Of a DNA stretch of 64,000 bases, positions 18,428-28,075 are shown in pieces. The stretch's first letter is position 1. Every line of letters starts with the position of its first letter. The translations under genes and the position numbers were made by a program. Source of the DNA: Agarilytica sp. (GTDB lineage: Bacteria > Pseudomonadota > Gammaproteobacteria > Pseudomonadales > Cellvibrionaceae); the NCBI GenBank assembly GCA_033852165.1, contig JAWSUZ010000004.1, forward strand, positions 4,692 to 68,691, in the 5' to 3' direction. The notes under the pieces are model-generated. The model did not search any database, was not told the origin of the DNA, and saw nothing but the letters and a program-made list of their open reading frames with translations.

Positions 18428-18859
18428 CTAGTGGTGAGTATTATGGGTGTTGAGGTAATCGAGTAAGGCTGTGCTGAATTGGTGAAGATCGCCGAGCGAG
18501 AAATTTTCAGCGTTCGGAAACAGCGCTTTTTGACTCGATGCTTCGATAAAACGATTTTTTCGTCGTCGAGTGGGGCTGGTGCTGAGGGCGATGTGGGTTA
18601 ATGTCCAGGCAATGGTCGTACGCCAATCCACATCTGTCATGGTGCAGTAATGGCTTTGGACGATGTTACGCAATAGCCAGGAGCTGGGAGTTTTGATATT
18701 GGGGTTGTCGGCTTCGATGTCTCGTGCGAGACCTCTTAAAATTCGGACTGTTTGTTTGATTTCGAGCCCGCTGGGTAATTGAGGCCCGGGGCTAGAAAGG
18801 GCAATGTGAACGCCAGTATTCGTAGTGTTATGTATCGAATGTATTGGTGAATTTTCCAC
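18428..18859 (-). CDS. Hypothetical protein resembling the C-terminal lobe of CdnE-type CD-NTases, without the catalytic lobe
   Basis: KQTVRILRGL, PSSWLL, FIEASSQKALFP..F...LLDYL match my recollection of the CdnE C-lobe pattern. No GS/DxD motif. Confidence 0.45.
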   Translation of the reverse strand: MENSPIHSIHNTTNTGVHIALSSPGPQLPSGLEIKQTVRILRGLARDIEADNPNIKTPSSWLLRNIVQSHYCTMTDVDWRTTIAWTLTHIALSTSPTRRRKNRFIEASSQKALFPNAENFSLGDLHQFSTALLDYLNTHNTHH

Positions 18860-18907
18860 TGTATGAGCAACCCCGCCATTAGTTAGTGCCCATTTACAAG
18901 CAGGTGT

Positions 18908-18959
18908 CTACTCGGCAACTGCTCCTGCGTTGCTCTACCTACTGCATCCTTGCAGTCGT
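18908..18959. repeat. REP-like element of the same family as 7712 and 40980
   Basis: CTCGGCAACTGCTCCTGCGTTGCTCTAC followed by hairpin ACTGCATCCTTGCAGT; a reverse-complement copy lies near 41030-41057. Confidence 0.75.
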
Positions 18960-19150
18960 ACGAACAAATTTAAAACGCCATCTTCACACGACTAAATATA
19001 GTTGCTTGGAATAACCAATCGCCCATATTTAGTGGTGTAAATCTGACACTTTAAATTCCTTCTCGCTACGACTCGGTTTATGGATGGGCACTAGTTAGTT
19101 GTTATTGAACTGGTTGGAACAAGGCGTCCTTGCCTTTAATAAATTACGTT

Positions 19151-20503
19151 TTACCAGTTTAAAGCACCGCCCGTCTGGTATTCGATTACACGGGTCTCAA
19201 AGAAATTCTTTTCTTTGCGCAAGTCCATAATTTCACTCATCCATGGGAAAGGGTTTTGTGCGCCGACATACGCTTCGGGCAAGCCTAATTGGGAAAGGCG
19301 GCGGTTCGCGATAAAGTGGAGATACTCTTCCATCATGGCGGCATTCATTCCCAAAACACCGCGCGGCATACTGTCGCGAGCGTAGGCAATTTCAAGCTCT
19401 GCACCTTCAAGAATCATTTGAACGGCTTCGGCTTGGAAGTCTTCAGTCCACAAATGTGGGTTTTCTAATTTAATTTGGTTAATAACATCGATGCCGAAAT
19501 TTAAGTGCATGGATTCGTCACGCAATATGTACTGGAATTGCTCTGCGATTCCGGTCATTTTATTACGACGGCCCATGGATAAAATTTGGGTAAACCCACA
19601 ATAAAAAAAGATGCCTTCGGTGACGGCGTAAAAGCCAATCAAATTACGCAGTAGTTCTTGATCTGTTTCTGGAGTGCCGGTATGAAAATCTGGTGCGCTA
19701 ATGCCTTGTGTATGCTTGATACTCCAGGCAGCTTTTTTCGATATCGAAGGAAGTTCTCGGTACATATTGAAAACTTCTTGCTCATCCATTGCCAGAGATT
19801 CAACGCAGTATTGATATGCGTGTGTGTGAATCGCTTCTTCAAATGCTTGGCGTAAAAGATATTGCCGAGCTTCTGGGTTGGTGATGTGCCGGTATACGGC
19901 AAGGACTAAATTGTTTGCAACCAGGGAATCTGCAGTAGAGAAATAACCGAGCGAGCGTTTCACAATACGACGCTCATCATCGGTTAAGCCATCGGGGTCT
20001 TTCCATAGTGCGATATCCGCTGTCATATTGACTTCTTGCGGCATCCAATGGTTGGCACAGCCATCGAGATACTTTTGCCATGCCCAATCGTATTTGAATG
20101 GGACAAGTTGGTTGAGGTCAGCGCGACAGTTAATCATGCGTTTATCATCAACTTCAATTCGCGCCGCCCCCATTTCTAACTCTTCCAAACCTGGGGCTGG
20201 GTCCAAATTAGCTATGGCCTCTTTTGCGCGCGCGACAGGGTCTGATATTTCAGATTTTGTGCTGCCAGTAGAGGTGGTTTTAGCCTCGGGCACTGCTTGT
20301 TGCTGTGCTGGTCTAGAAGGTTGGTTTTCTTCTGTTGCTGCCTCTACTTTTTTTTCTGCTTTAGCTGTGGTTTCTACTTTATGTTCAGCTTTTGCGTTTG
20401 TCTCAATCTCGGATTTGTTCAGTGAGTCGAGAGTTTGTTTATTTATTTCCGCTTTTTCTGTGCTGTTCTGCGCTGGCTCTTCGTAATCATCCCAACTTAA
20501 CAT
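19151..20503 (-). CDS. nrdB: Class Ia ribonucleotide reductase beta subunit with low-complexity N-terminal extension
   Basis: EEAIHTHAY (radical Tyr), [20 protein letters not shown]. Confidence 0.96.
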   Translation of the reverse strand: MLSWDDYEEPAQNSTEKAEINKQTLDSLNKSEIETNAKAEHKVETTAKAEKKVEAATEENQPSRPAQQQAVPEAKTTSTGSTKSEISDPVARAKEAIANLDPAPGLEELEMGAARIEVDDKRMINCRADLNQLVPFKYDWAWQKYLDGCANHWMPQEVNMTADIALWKDPDGLTDDERRIVKRSLGYFSTADSLVANNLVLAVYRHITNPEARQYLLRQAFEEAIHTHAYQYCVESLAMDEQEVFNMYRELPSISKKAAWSIKHTQGISAPDFHTGTPETDQELLRNLIGFYAVTEGIFFYCGFTQILSMGRRNKMTGIAEQFQYILRDESMHLNFGIDVINQIKLENPHLWTEDFQAEAVQMILEGAELEIAYARDSMPRGVLGMNAAMMEEYLHFIANRRLSQLGLPEAYVGAQNPFPWMSEIMDLRKEKNFFETRVIEYQTGGALNW

Positions 20504-20610
20504 ATGAGTTTCTTCCTAATGTTTCGGTATATTTTATAGTCTTTATGTGTTGTGAGTTCGGGGCGAGTAAACTCGCCCATCGAACCACCCCCCACCTGTA
20601 GTCGTTTACC

Positions 20611-23505
20611 TTATTGGCACGCTTCGCAATCTGGCTCATCTATAGAGCAGGCTTTTGGCACTTCAGCTGGCCCCGCTGAGGCTTGGTTTTGAGTGTCTTG
20701 CTGTGCTGATACGGCGTTCAGGGAGCCTGTATCGATGGTAGACTTCTCTGTAGTTGTTGCTGCTAGGGCACGGAGGTAGTAGGTGGTTTTTAAGCCGCGA
20801 TACCAGGCCATGCGATAGGTGAGATCCAACTTTTTGCCGTTTGCACCAGCAATATAGAGGTTGAGGCTTTGGGCCTGATCGATCCATTTTTGGCGACGGC
20901 TGGCGGCATCGACTATCCATCGAGGCTCTACTTCAAAGGCTGTAGCGTAAAGTGCTTTAAGGTCGTCTGGGATTCGGTCTATTTTTAGCAGCGAACCTTC
21001 GTAGTATTTCAAGTCATTAACCATGACAGAATCCCACAATCCGCGTGCTTTCAAATCGTGTACAAGGTATGGGTTTACAACGGTAAATTCACCCGACAAG
21101 TTCGATTTAACGTACAGGTTTTGGTAGGTCGGCTCAACCGACTGGGATACTCCAGTGATGTTGGCAATAGTCGCCGTGGGCGCTATAGCCATAACATTTG
21201 AGTTACGCATGCCGTGTGTTTTAACGAGGTGGCGAAGCGAATCCCAATCCAGTGTGAAGGATTTATCCACTTCAATAAATTTACTTCCACGATGCTCTTC
21301 GAGTATGTCGAGTGAGTCGAGAGGTAATATGCCCTGGCTCCATAGTGAACCGTCGAAAGTGGAGTAGCTGCCGCGTTCGACGGCTAAATCACAGGAGGCT
21401 TTAATAGCGTTGTAGCTGATTAATTCCATGGAGCGGTCAGCGAAGTCGACGGCGTCTTGTCCGCTGTATGGTATGTGCATTTTATACAGGGAATCTTGGA
21501 AACCCATAATGCCAAGACCAATAGGGCGGTGACGCATATTCGATGTGCGTGCGGTTGGGACGGCGTAGTAGTTGATATCGATAACGTTATCGAGCATTCG
21601 AATCGCTGTTTTAACTGTTTTTGCGAGTTTCTCTTCGTCGATTTTACCGTCGATGACGTGCTGGGCCAAATTGACAGAGCCAAGGTTACATACGGCAATT
21701 TCTTCGTCTGGCTTGGTGTTCAGTGTGATTTCGGTACACAAGTTAGACGAGTGAACGACACCTGTGTGCTGTTGCGGGCTACGTAGGTTACAAACATCTT
21801 TAAATGTGATCCATGGGTGGCCTGTTTCGAAAAGCATGCCCAGCATTTTGCGCCAGAGATCGAGGGCTTTAATTTTTTTGCTGAGTTTGATTTCGCCAGC
21901 TTCGGCTTTACGCTCATACGCTTCATACTTCTCTTCAAACGGTTTGCCGTAAAGGTCGTGAAGTTCGGGGGCATCGTTGGGTGAAAACAATGTCCAGTCT
22001 TTGTCTTCAAAGACGCGCTTCATAAACAGGTCGGGTACCCAGTTGGCTGTATTCATGTCGTGTGTGCGGCGACGGTCATCACCTGTGTTTTTACGCAGTT
22101 CTAGGAATTCTTCGATATCCAAGTGCCAGGTTTCTAAATATGCACAAACAGCACCTTTACGTTTACCGCCTTGGTTGACCGCAACGGCTGTATCGTTGGC
22201 TACCTTCAAAAAGGGTACTACGCCTTGAGACTTACCGTTGGTGCCTTTTATGTAGGCCCCTAGGGAGCGTACGGGCGTCCAGTCATTGCCTAAGCCTCCA
22301 GCCCATTTAGATAACAAAGCGTTATCTTGCATTGCGCCGTAAATTCCGGCCAAGTCGTCGGGTATTGTTGTGAGGTAGCAGGATGATAATTGCGGACGAA
22401 GGGTGCCAGCGTTAAATAGTGTAGGGGTTGAACTCATGTAATCAAAAGAGGAGAGGAGTTCGTAGAATTCTACAGCGCGAGCATTTTTATTGTCTTCGTT
22501 TATGGATAGACCCATTGCAACGCGCATAAAAAAGACTTGAGGTAGTTCAATACGCGTTTCATTGCTGTGAATAAAGTAGCGGTCGTAAAGAGTCTGTAGG
22601 CCGAGGTAGGTAAATTGTAAATCGCGCTCTGGTAAAATGGCGTTACCTAGCATTTCGACATCAAAGCTTAAAAGCTCGGGTGAGAGCAATTCGAGTGCGA
22701 TACCTTTTTCGAGGTATGAGGCGAAAGCTTTGGGGTAGTGTTCACTCATTTGGGCCTGCGTTGCAGATTCAGCAACTTCCAAAAACGTGAGGGCTTCAGC
22801 ACGTAACTTGTCGAGTAGTAAGCGTGCGGTGGCAAAGGAGTAGTTGGGTTCTCTCTCAACTAAAGTTCGTGCCGCCATCACCAATGATATATTGACATCA
22901 TCAAATGAAACGCCGTCATATAGGTTGCGTAGGGCTTCTTTTAAAATGGCTTCAGCTTCGACTTCTTCGAGGTCTGCGCAGGCCTCTGCAACAATAACTT
23001 TAATTCGTTTTACATCGAGTGGCTGGCTTTCGCCGTTTGGCATAATGACGCTGATATTGGGTACGTCGAGATCAACCTTTGAATCATGACCATCTTCTTC
23101 TCGTAATTTTGCACGTTCGGATCGGTAGATAACGTAAGAGCGCGCGACTTGATGCTCGCCTGTCCGCATCATTGTTAATTCGACTTGGTCTTGCACTTCT
23201 TCGATATGGATAGTGCCGCCAGAAGGCATTCTGCGTTTGAAGGTGGCGGTAATCTGCGACGTGAGGCTTTCGACGAGTTCGTGAATACGGCTAGAAGCAG
23301 CTGCCGTGCCGCCTTCTACTGCAAGAAAGGCTTTGGTCATTGCGACAGTGATTTTTTCGATGTCGTAAGGCACTACTTTCCCGTTTCGCTTAATGACGCG
23401 AATTTGTCCTGGTGCAGTGGCCGCTAGTGCAGCGTTGCCGGTTTGAGCCGCGGATGAGGCGGTGATAGAAGAATTCCCTGTTTGTTCTATTTCACTGGTT
23501 TGCAT
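20611..23505 (-). CDS. nrdA: Class Ia ribonucleotide reductase alpha subunit with N-terminal ATP cones
   Basis: VIKRNG ATP cone, TPTLFNAGT, SSNLCTEI, C-terminal CxxxxxxCEAC. Start taken at ATG 23505. Confidence 0.96.
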   Translation of the reverse strand: MQTSEIEQTGNSSITASSAAQTGNAALAATAPGQIRVIKRNGKVVPYDIEKITVAMTKAFLAVEGGTAAASSRIHELVESLTSQITATFKRRMPSGGTIHIEEVQDQVELTMMRTGEHQVARSYVIYRSERAKLREEDGHDSKVDLDVPNISVIMPNGESQPLDVKRIKVIVAEACADLEEVEAEAILKEALRNLYDGVSFDDVNISLVMAARTLVEREPNYSFATARLLLDKLRAEALTFLEVAESATQAQMSEHYPKAFASYLEKGIALELLSPELLSFDVEMLGNAILPERDLQFTYLGLQTLYDRYFIHSNETRIELPQVFFMRVAMGLSINEDNKNARAVEFYELLSSFDYMSSTPTLFNAGTLRPQLSSCYLTTIPDDLAGIYGAMQDNALLSKWAGGLGNDWTPVRSLGAYIKGTNGKSQGVVPFLKVANDTAVAVNQGGKRKGAVCAYLETWHLDIEEFLELRKNTGDDRRRTHDMNTANWVPDLFMKRVFEDKDWTLFSPNDAPELHDLYGKPFEEKYEAYERKAEAGEIKLSKKIKALDLWRKMLGMLFETGHPWITFKDVCNLRSPQQHTGVVHSSNLCTEITLNTKPDEEIAVCNLGSVNLAQHVIDGKIDEEKLAKTVKTAIRMLDNVIDINYYAVPTARTSNMRHRPIGLGIMGFQDSLYKMHIPYSGQDAVDFADRSMELISYNAIKASCDLAVERGSYSTFDGSLWSQGILPLDSLDILEEHRGSKFIEVDKSFTLDWDSLRHLVKTHGMRNSNVMAIAPTATIANITGVSQSVEPTYQNLYVKSNLSGEFTVVNPYLVHDLKARGLWDSVMVNDLKYYEGSLLKIDRIPDDLKALYATAFEVEPRWIVDAASRRQKWIDQAQSLNLYIAGANGKKLDLTYRMAWYRGLKTTYYLRALAATTTEKSTIDTGSLNAVSAQQDTQNQASAGPAEVPKACSIDEPDCEACQ

Positions 23506-23912
23506 ATGTCTCGACTCGTAGATCATTGGTAATAAAAATACAACTCAATAGCAGGTTCCTGTGAAGAAATACTGCTGATGAATTTCGTTAGTAATTGTGT
23601 AAAAAGTGTGTGCCCGTGATACCGGTTGTTATTTTTGTCTACCGATAAATTTCTGTTTGGGCTTTTGTATTAGTTTTCGTCAATTTTTGTTGTGTGCGTT
23701 GCACGTATTTCTTGTTATATATCAATATCTCACGCTCGTTTTTTCGTGCTGTTTATGCAGAGTACTTCTGACTCTAGTTTCACGGCTTTCGTGCGTAATT
23801 TGGTTATTCCCTTAAAAACATGCCCTGGCGGGATGTTTTTCATTTGACGTTATCCGATTCTTCTGGGCGCGCTTTTCTGCGTAGTGCTAGATAGTGCCTG
23901 AAGTGGTCTAAA

Positions 23913-23959
23913 ACACCATATGTTGGGGTTTGTTTCGGATTAACTACAAGATAATGCGG
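23913..23959. promoter_or_regulatory. Tandem NrdR boxes
   Basis: ACACCATATGTTGGGG (23913-23928) and reverse complement CCGCATTATCTTGTAG (23944-23959), 31 bp apart. Confidence 0.8.
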
Positions 23960-23976
23960 TTTTGGGCGTTTTGCAA
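23948..23976 (-). promoter_or_regulatory. Sigma70 promoter of nrdAB
   Basis: TTGCAA-N17-TATCTT on the minus strand; the -10 lies inside NrdR box 2. Confidence 0.7.
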
Positions 23977-23998
23977 GGTGACTTTTACAGGGTTTACT

Positions 23999-24038
23999 TG
24001 TGGATAAAATGTGGGTATCTAGTGGATGAAGTGGACAC
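23999..24038. promoter_or_regulatory. DnaA box array upstream of the nrdA promoter
   Basis: Perfect TGTGGATAA (=TTATCCACA) at 23999, then degenerate TGTGGGTAT, AGTGGATGA and AGTGGACAC at 24010, 24021 and 24030. Confidence 0.7.
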
Positions 24039-24118
24039 TAACGTTATAGCTGGCGTGGAGCGGGAAAGGTAAGGTGACAGATGAGAAAAGTGGTGAAATA
24101 TAATATTTTCTTCTTTCA

Positions 24119-24152
24119 AACCGGCTTTTTTATAGCTTAAAAAAGCCGGTTC
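24119..24152 (-). terminator. Hairpin terminator after argF
   Basis: AACCGGCTTTTTT-ATAGCTT-AAAAAAGCCGGTT. Confidence 0.6.
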
Positions 24153-24186
24153 AAATACTGGGGGTGTCAAGATCAAATATTGGTGA

Positions 24187-25095
24187 TTAACTGTCCATCA
24201 AAAATAGTAACAGAGCCTTTTGAGCATGTAGGCGATTTTCGGCTTCGTCCCAGACAAATGAAATTTTTTCATCTTCAATAAGGTCGGCGCTAACTTCTTC
24301 ACCGCGATGTGCAGGCAGGCAGTGCATAAACATGGCGTTCGCTTGAGCGCGATCCATTAATTCATGATTGACTTGGTAGCCGGTAAATTTTTCCACCCGT
24401 TCTTGTTGTTCACTTTCTTGACCCATGCTGGCCCAAACGTCGGTTGCCACCCAGTCTGCGCCGATAACGGCTTTGGCTGGGTCTCGAATAATTTCTACAC
24501 GATCACTGTTGGCCTTAACGAGGGCTTCGTCGGGGTCAAATCCTTCTGGGCAGGCTATCTTTAATTCAAAGTCCCATTGCTTTGCGGCATTAATGTAGGA
24601 GTGGCACATGTTATTGCCATCTCCCACCCAGGCGACTGTCTTCCCTTGAACATTGCCGCGATGCTCGACGTAGGTTTGAATGTCGGCAAGTAGTTGGCAG
24701 GGATGGTAGCTGTCGGTGAGGGCGTTAATGACTGGAACGCGGGAAAACTGCGCGAAACGCTCAATAGTCGCGTGATCGAAGGTTCGAATCATGACGGCGT
24801 CGACCATGCGAGAAAGTACGCGTGCGGAGTCTTCTACGGGTTCGCCACGACCGAGCTGCGTATCGTTAGGCGATAGGAATATTGACCCCCCACCCAATTG
24901 AATCATACCGGCTTCAAAGGAGACGCGTGTGCGTGTTGAGGATTTCTCGAAGATTTTGCCGAGTACTCTTCCTTTTAACTTTTCTTCACGTTTGCCAGAT
25001 TTTAAATCGCTTTTGAGAGCAATTGCTTGGGTGATAACTTGCTGTAGCTCGCTTGGGCTGAAGTCCAGTAAGGTAAGGAAGTGTCGAGTGTCCAT
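24187..25095 (-). CDS. argF: Ornithine carbamoyltransferase
   Basis: [24 protein letters not shown]. Confidence 0.97.
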   Translation of the reverse strand: MDTRHFLTLLDFSPSELQQVITQAIALKSDLKSGKREEKLKGRVLGKIFEKSSTRTRVSFEAGMIQLGGGSIFLSPNDTQLGRGEPVEDSARVLSRMVDAVMIRTFDHATIERFAQFSRVPVINALTDSYHPCQLLADIQTYVEHRGNVQGKTVAWVGDGNNMCHSYINAAKQWDFELKIACPEGFDPDEALVKANSDRVEIIRDPAKAVIGADWVATDVWASMGQESEQQERVEKFTGYQVNHELMDRAQANAMFMHCLPAHRGEEVSADLIEDEKISFVWDEAENRLHAQKALLLFLMDS

Positions 25096-25113
25096 GATCT
25101 AACCTAAAAATTT

Positions 25114-26286
25114 TTAGTGGCTGAGAAATTCAGTAATGAGCGCCGAAACTTTTTCGACAATAGTTTGTGCCTGGTCATCAGAAAGAATAAGCGGAGGTAA
25201 AAGTCTCACGGTATTGCCGGCTGTGACGTTGATCAGTATTTCTTGGGCCTTGGCTTGCTCTACTAGGGCTGTGCATTCTCGATCGAGTTCGATTCCGATC
25301 ATCAGCCCTTTGCCGCGAATATTGGTTACTCCATCAAGAGAGCTAAGCTTTTCTGTGAAACCTTTGATTATGTCTTTCCCGAGTTTATCAACGTTATCGA
25401 GAAAGCCGGGGGCTGACAGTACTGTGACAACGGCGAGAGCAGCTCTAGTGGCTAGCGGGTTTCCGCCAAAGGTTGATCCGTGGTTACCGGGCTGGAGTAT
25501 ATTGGATGCGTCTCCACGGGTAAGGCATGCGCCTATGGGAACGCCATTGCCTAAGCCCTTCGCTGTTGTGACAACATCGGGAAGGATATTATCGTGCTGG
25601 TAAGCGAAGTATTTTCCTGTACGGCCATTGCCGGTTTGAATCTCATCCAGTATCAGTAGCCAGCCTTTTACGTCACATAATTTTCTGAGTTCGACAAGGT
25701 AGTCGCTTTTTGGAACATGTACGCCGCCTTCTCCTTGTATAGGTTCCACCATAATGGCGACTGTGCTTTCTGTGGATGCGCTGATAATTGCGTCGATATC
25801 ATCATAGGGAACGTGGTCGAAACCGGATAGTAAGGGTTCAAAACCCTGTTTGATCTTCGGGTTTCCAGTAGCGGTTAGTGTTGCCATGGTGCGTCCGTGA
25901 AAACTGCCAATGGCTGTGATCATGTGGGGGGTCTTAATGCCTTTGCTATTGCCGAATTTTCGGGCAATTTTGATGGCGGCTTCATTGGCTTCTGCACCGG
26001 AATTGGAAAAGAACACTTTGTCCATTCCTGATAGCTCGACTAAGGCTTGCCCAAGTTGTTGTTGGGGTTCGATATTGTATAAATTTGAGCAGTGGGTCAG
26101 CGTCGCTGCTTGCTCGCATATCGCCTGTGTTACGGCTGGGTGGCAGTGCCCCAAGCCGCAAACTGCAATTCCGGATACTGCATCTAAATAGCGGCGGCCA
26201 TCAGCGTCCCAAACGTAAGCGCCTTCGCCTTTTGTGAGGGTGGTTGTTCTATTGCCGTATGTATTCATAATTGCTGACGTAACCAT
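25114..26286 (-). CDS. argD: Acetylornithine aminotransferase
   Basis: NSGAEANE, FHGRT, DEIQTG, TAKGLGNG, GSTFGGNP; upstream of argF. Start taken at ATG 26286. Confidence 0.92.
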   Translation of the reverse strand: MVTSAIMNTYGNRTTTLTKGEGAYVWDADGRRYLDAVSGIAVCGLGHCHPAVTQAICEQAATLTHCSNLYNIEPQQQLGQALVELSGMDKVFFSNSGAEANEAAIKIARKFGNSKGIKTPHMITAIGSFHGRTMATLTATGNPKIKQGFEPLLSGFDHVPYDDIDAIISASTESTVAIMVEPIQGEGGVHVPKSDYLVELRKLCDVKGWLLILDEIQTGNGRTGKYFAYQHDNILPDVVTTAKGLGNGVPIGACLTRGDASNILQPGNHGSTFGGNPLATRAALAVVTVLSAPGFLDNVDKLGKDIIKGFTEKLSSLDGVTNIRGKGLMIGIELDRECTALVEQAKAQEILINVTAGNTVRLLPPLILSDDQAQTIVEKVSALITEFLSH

Positions 26287-26588
26287 AGTGTTATCTGTAT
26301 ACCTTGTGTAGGGTCCCAAATCTCAAGAACCCAAAACCAAAACAGGCAGCTAGGGCTGCCTGGTTAAGTTGCTAATCTTATAATCTATCTCGTTTTAGTT
26401 AAAGGGGTTAAATTCAGCTAAAGAGCAGTATTGCTGTGTAACTGGCGCAAAAATCACCGCTTAATACTGGTGAGGCTCTATTAAGGCTTAAGATTAAAAG
26501 TAAAGTACTAAAGTTGGTTTAACCTGTGGGTAGGGCTTGATGCTGAATACAGCGGTGTACTTGATGAATACTAGCTAGATGATGCTCG

Positions 26589-27029
26589 TTAGTGGCGTCG
26601 AGGGATATTACCTTCGAGGCATTGAGATATGACGTTGAGTAGGGCATCTTCATCGATAGGTTTGGTGATGACAAAGTCAGATCCGCTTTGAAGAATTGCT
26701 TCGCGTTCTTCCAGTATTGCATGGGCTGTAACGGCGATAATGGGGATGTTGGCTTGTCCCTCACCATTTCTAATGACTTCAATGGCTGTTCGACCATCCA
26801 TACCGGGTAAAGAAATATCCATGAGCACCAAGGAATAGTCGTTTTCATTGAGCATCTTGAGGCCGATCTCTGCAGTCTCGGCGCAGTCGACGTCGTAGTT
26901 CTCATCTTCCAATAGCCAGGTCGTAAACTCCGCATTATCGGGGTTATCTTCCACCATCAAAAAACGAGGGTTTGGCGTGTTTGTTTGGGTCACATCGGCA
27001 CCAGATTGTTGTGCTTCAGTACTGAGCAT
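26589..27029 (-). CDS. Single-domain response regulator
   Basis: MVEDN, LVLMDISLP, AVTAH, ITKP. Confidence 0.88.
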   Translation of the reverse strand: MLSTEAQQSGADVTQTNTPNPRFLMVEDNPDNAEFTTWLLEDENYDVDCAETAEIGLKMLNENDYSLVLMDISLPGMDGRTAIEVIRNGEGQANIPIIAVTAHAILEEREAILQSGSDFVITKPIDEDALLNVISQCLEGNIPRRH

Positions 27030-27497
27030 AAACCAAGAAAGTGACTCTCGCCACGCGGTGCTTGGGAATCACTAAAATACTCACCAGAAGTCTATATATG
27101 CAGTGCTAAGCATGGCTCTTTACTTCGTTGAGATACTGGGTTGGGAGTGTTTCTTTGTCTATAGAGTCGGTTTTTGCTTATGTTGAGTTTCCCGTCTTAT
27201 TTTGGTTTTAAAAAAGTGGTTGACGGTGTTTATAATGATATTTGCTGGCCTTTGAACGTTTGCCGGACAGCTGCAGCTGCGATAGAATACGAATAGTTGA
27301 GTAAAAAGCTTGGTTATAGCCCCTTCAGCTCCCTCATTTTGTCGGTTTGAATGGATATTGATGCCATTTAAATCCCGGCTAAACGGTGTGCAGAGCGAAT
27401 ATCACTCCAAAGCTCCCTTCAACCCAGACAAACCATTTTCTAGATCGTAATTCTCTAGATGTAAGATTAAAGCAGCAATAACGAGGTCGTATATCCC

Positions 27498-27833
27498 ATG
27501 GACATCATGGATACCATTAAGAAACAAATCGAAGATAATGCCATCATTCTTTATATGAAAGGCTCTCCTAATGCCCCGCAATGTGGGTTCTCGCAGAAAG
27601 CATCGCAAGCTGTTATGTCTTGCGGAGCGCGTTTTGCGTATGTGGATATTTTATCCAACCCTGAGATTCGTTCAGAATTGCCTAAATACGCCAACTGGCC
27701 GACTTTTCCACAGCTGTGGGTTAAAGGTGAATTGGTCGGTGGCTGTGACATCATTACTGAAATGCATGAGAACGGTGAGCTTAAAACTCTTGTGGACGAC
27801 GCTGATCCCGGCGAAGACGACTCAGCAGAATAA
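27498..27833 (+). CDS. grxD: Monothiol glutaredoxin Grx4
   Basis: CGFS, WPTFPQL, GGCDI. Confidence 0.97.
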   Translation: MDIMDTIKKQIEDNAIILYMKGSPNAPQCGFSQKASQAVMSCGARFAYVDILSNPEIRSELPKYANWPTFPQLWVKGELVGGCDIITEMHENGELKTLVDDADPGEDDSAE

Positions 27834-27850
27834 TTCACTCAATTTGTATC

Positions 27851-27893
27851 AAAGCACCTTAGCCTTTGCTTCTTAAAAGGCGGGTGCTTTTTT
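27851..27893 (+). terminator. Intrinsic terminator after grxD
   Basis: AAAGCACC...GCCTTT..AAAGGC..GGTGCTTTTTT. Confidence 0.7.
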
Positions 27894-27913
27894 GTTTCTA
27901 AGCATCCCACATT

Positions 27914-27986
27914 CCGAATCCCGAATCCCGAATCCCGAATCCCGTATCCCGAATCCCGAATCCCGTATCCCGTATCCCGTATCCCG
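27914..27986. repeat. Heptamer tandem repeat CCG(A/T)ATC x10
   Basis: 6 CCGAATC and 4 CCGTATC units, then CCG. Confidence 0.95.
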
Positions 27987-28010
27987 GCACTAAACTCCCT
28001 AAAACTTGTT

Positions 28011-28029
28011 GATATTAATTCTCATTACG
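28011..28029. promoter_or_regulatory. Fur box
   Basis: GATATTAATTCTCATTACG matches GATAATGATAATCATTATC at 13/19; a second overlapping AT-rich box follows. Confidence 0.7.
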
Positions 28030-28075
28030 ATTAATATTCGCATCATTGAAAATTACACGGTTTATTGGGGAAGAC

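Noticed and set aside
23999-24038. DnaA box cluster considered as oriC
   Set aside because: Only one perfect box, no AT-rich unwinding element or oriC gene context; explained by nrdA regulation.
18221-27986. Heptamer arrays considered as CRISPR
   Set aside because: 7-nt units without spacers and no cas genes; they are simple tandem repeats.
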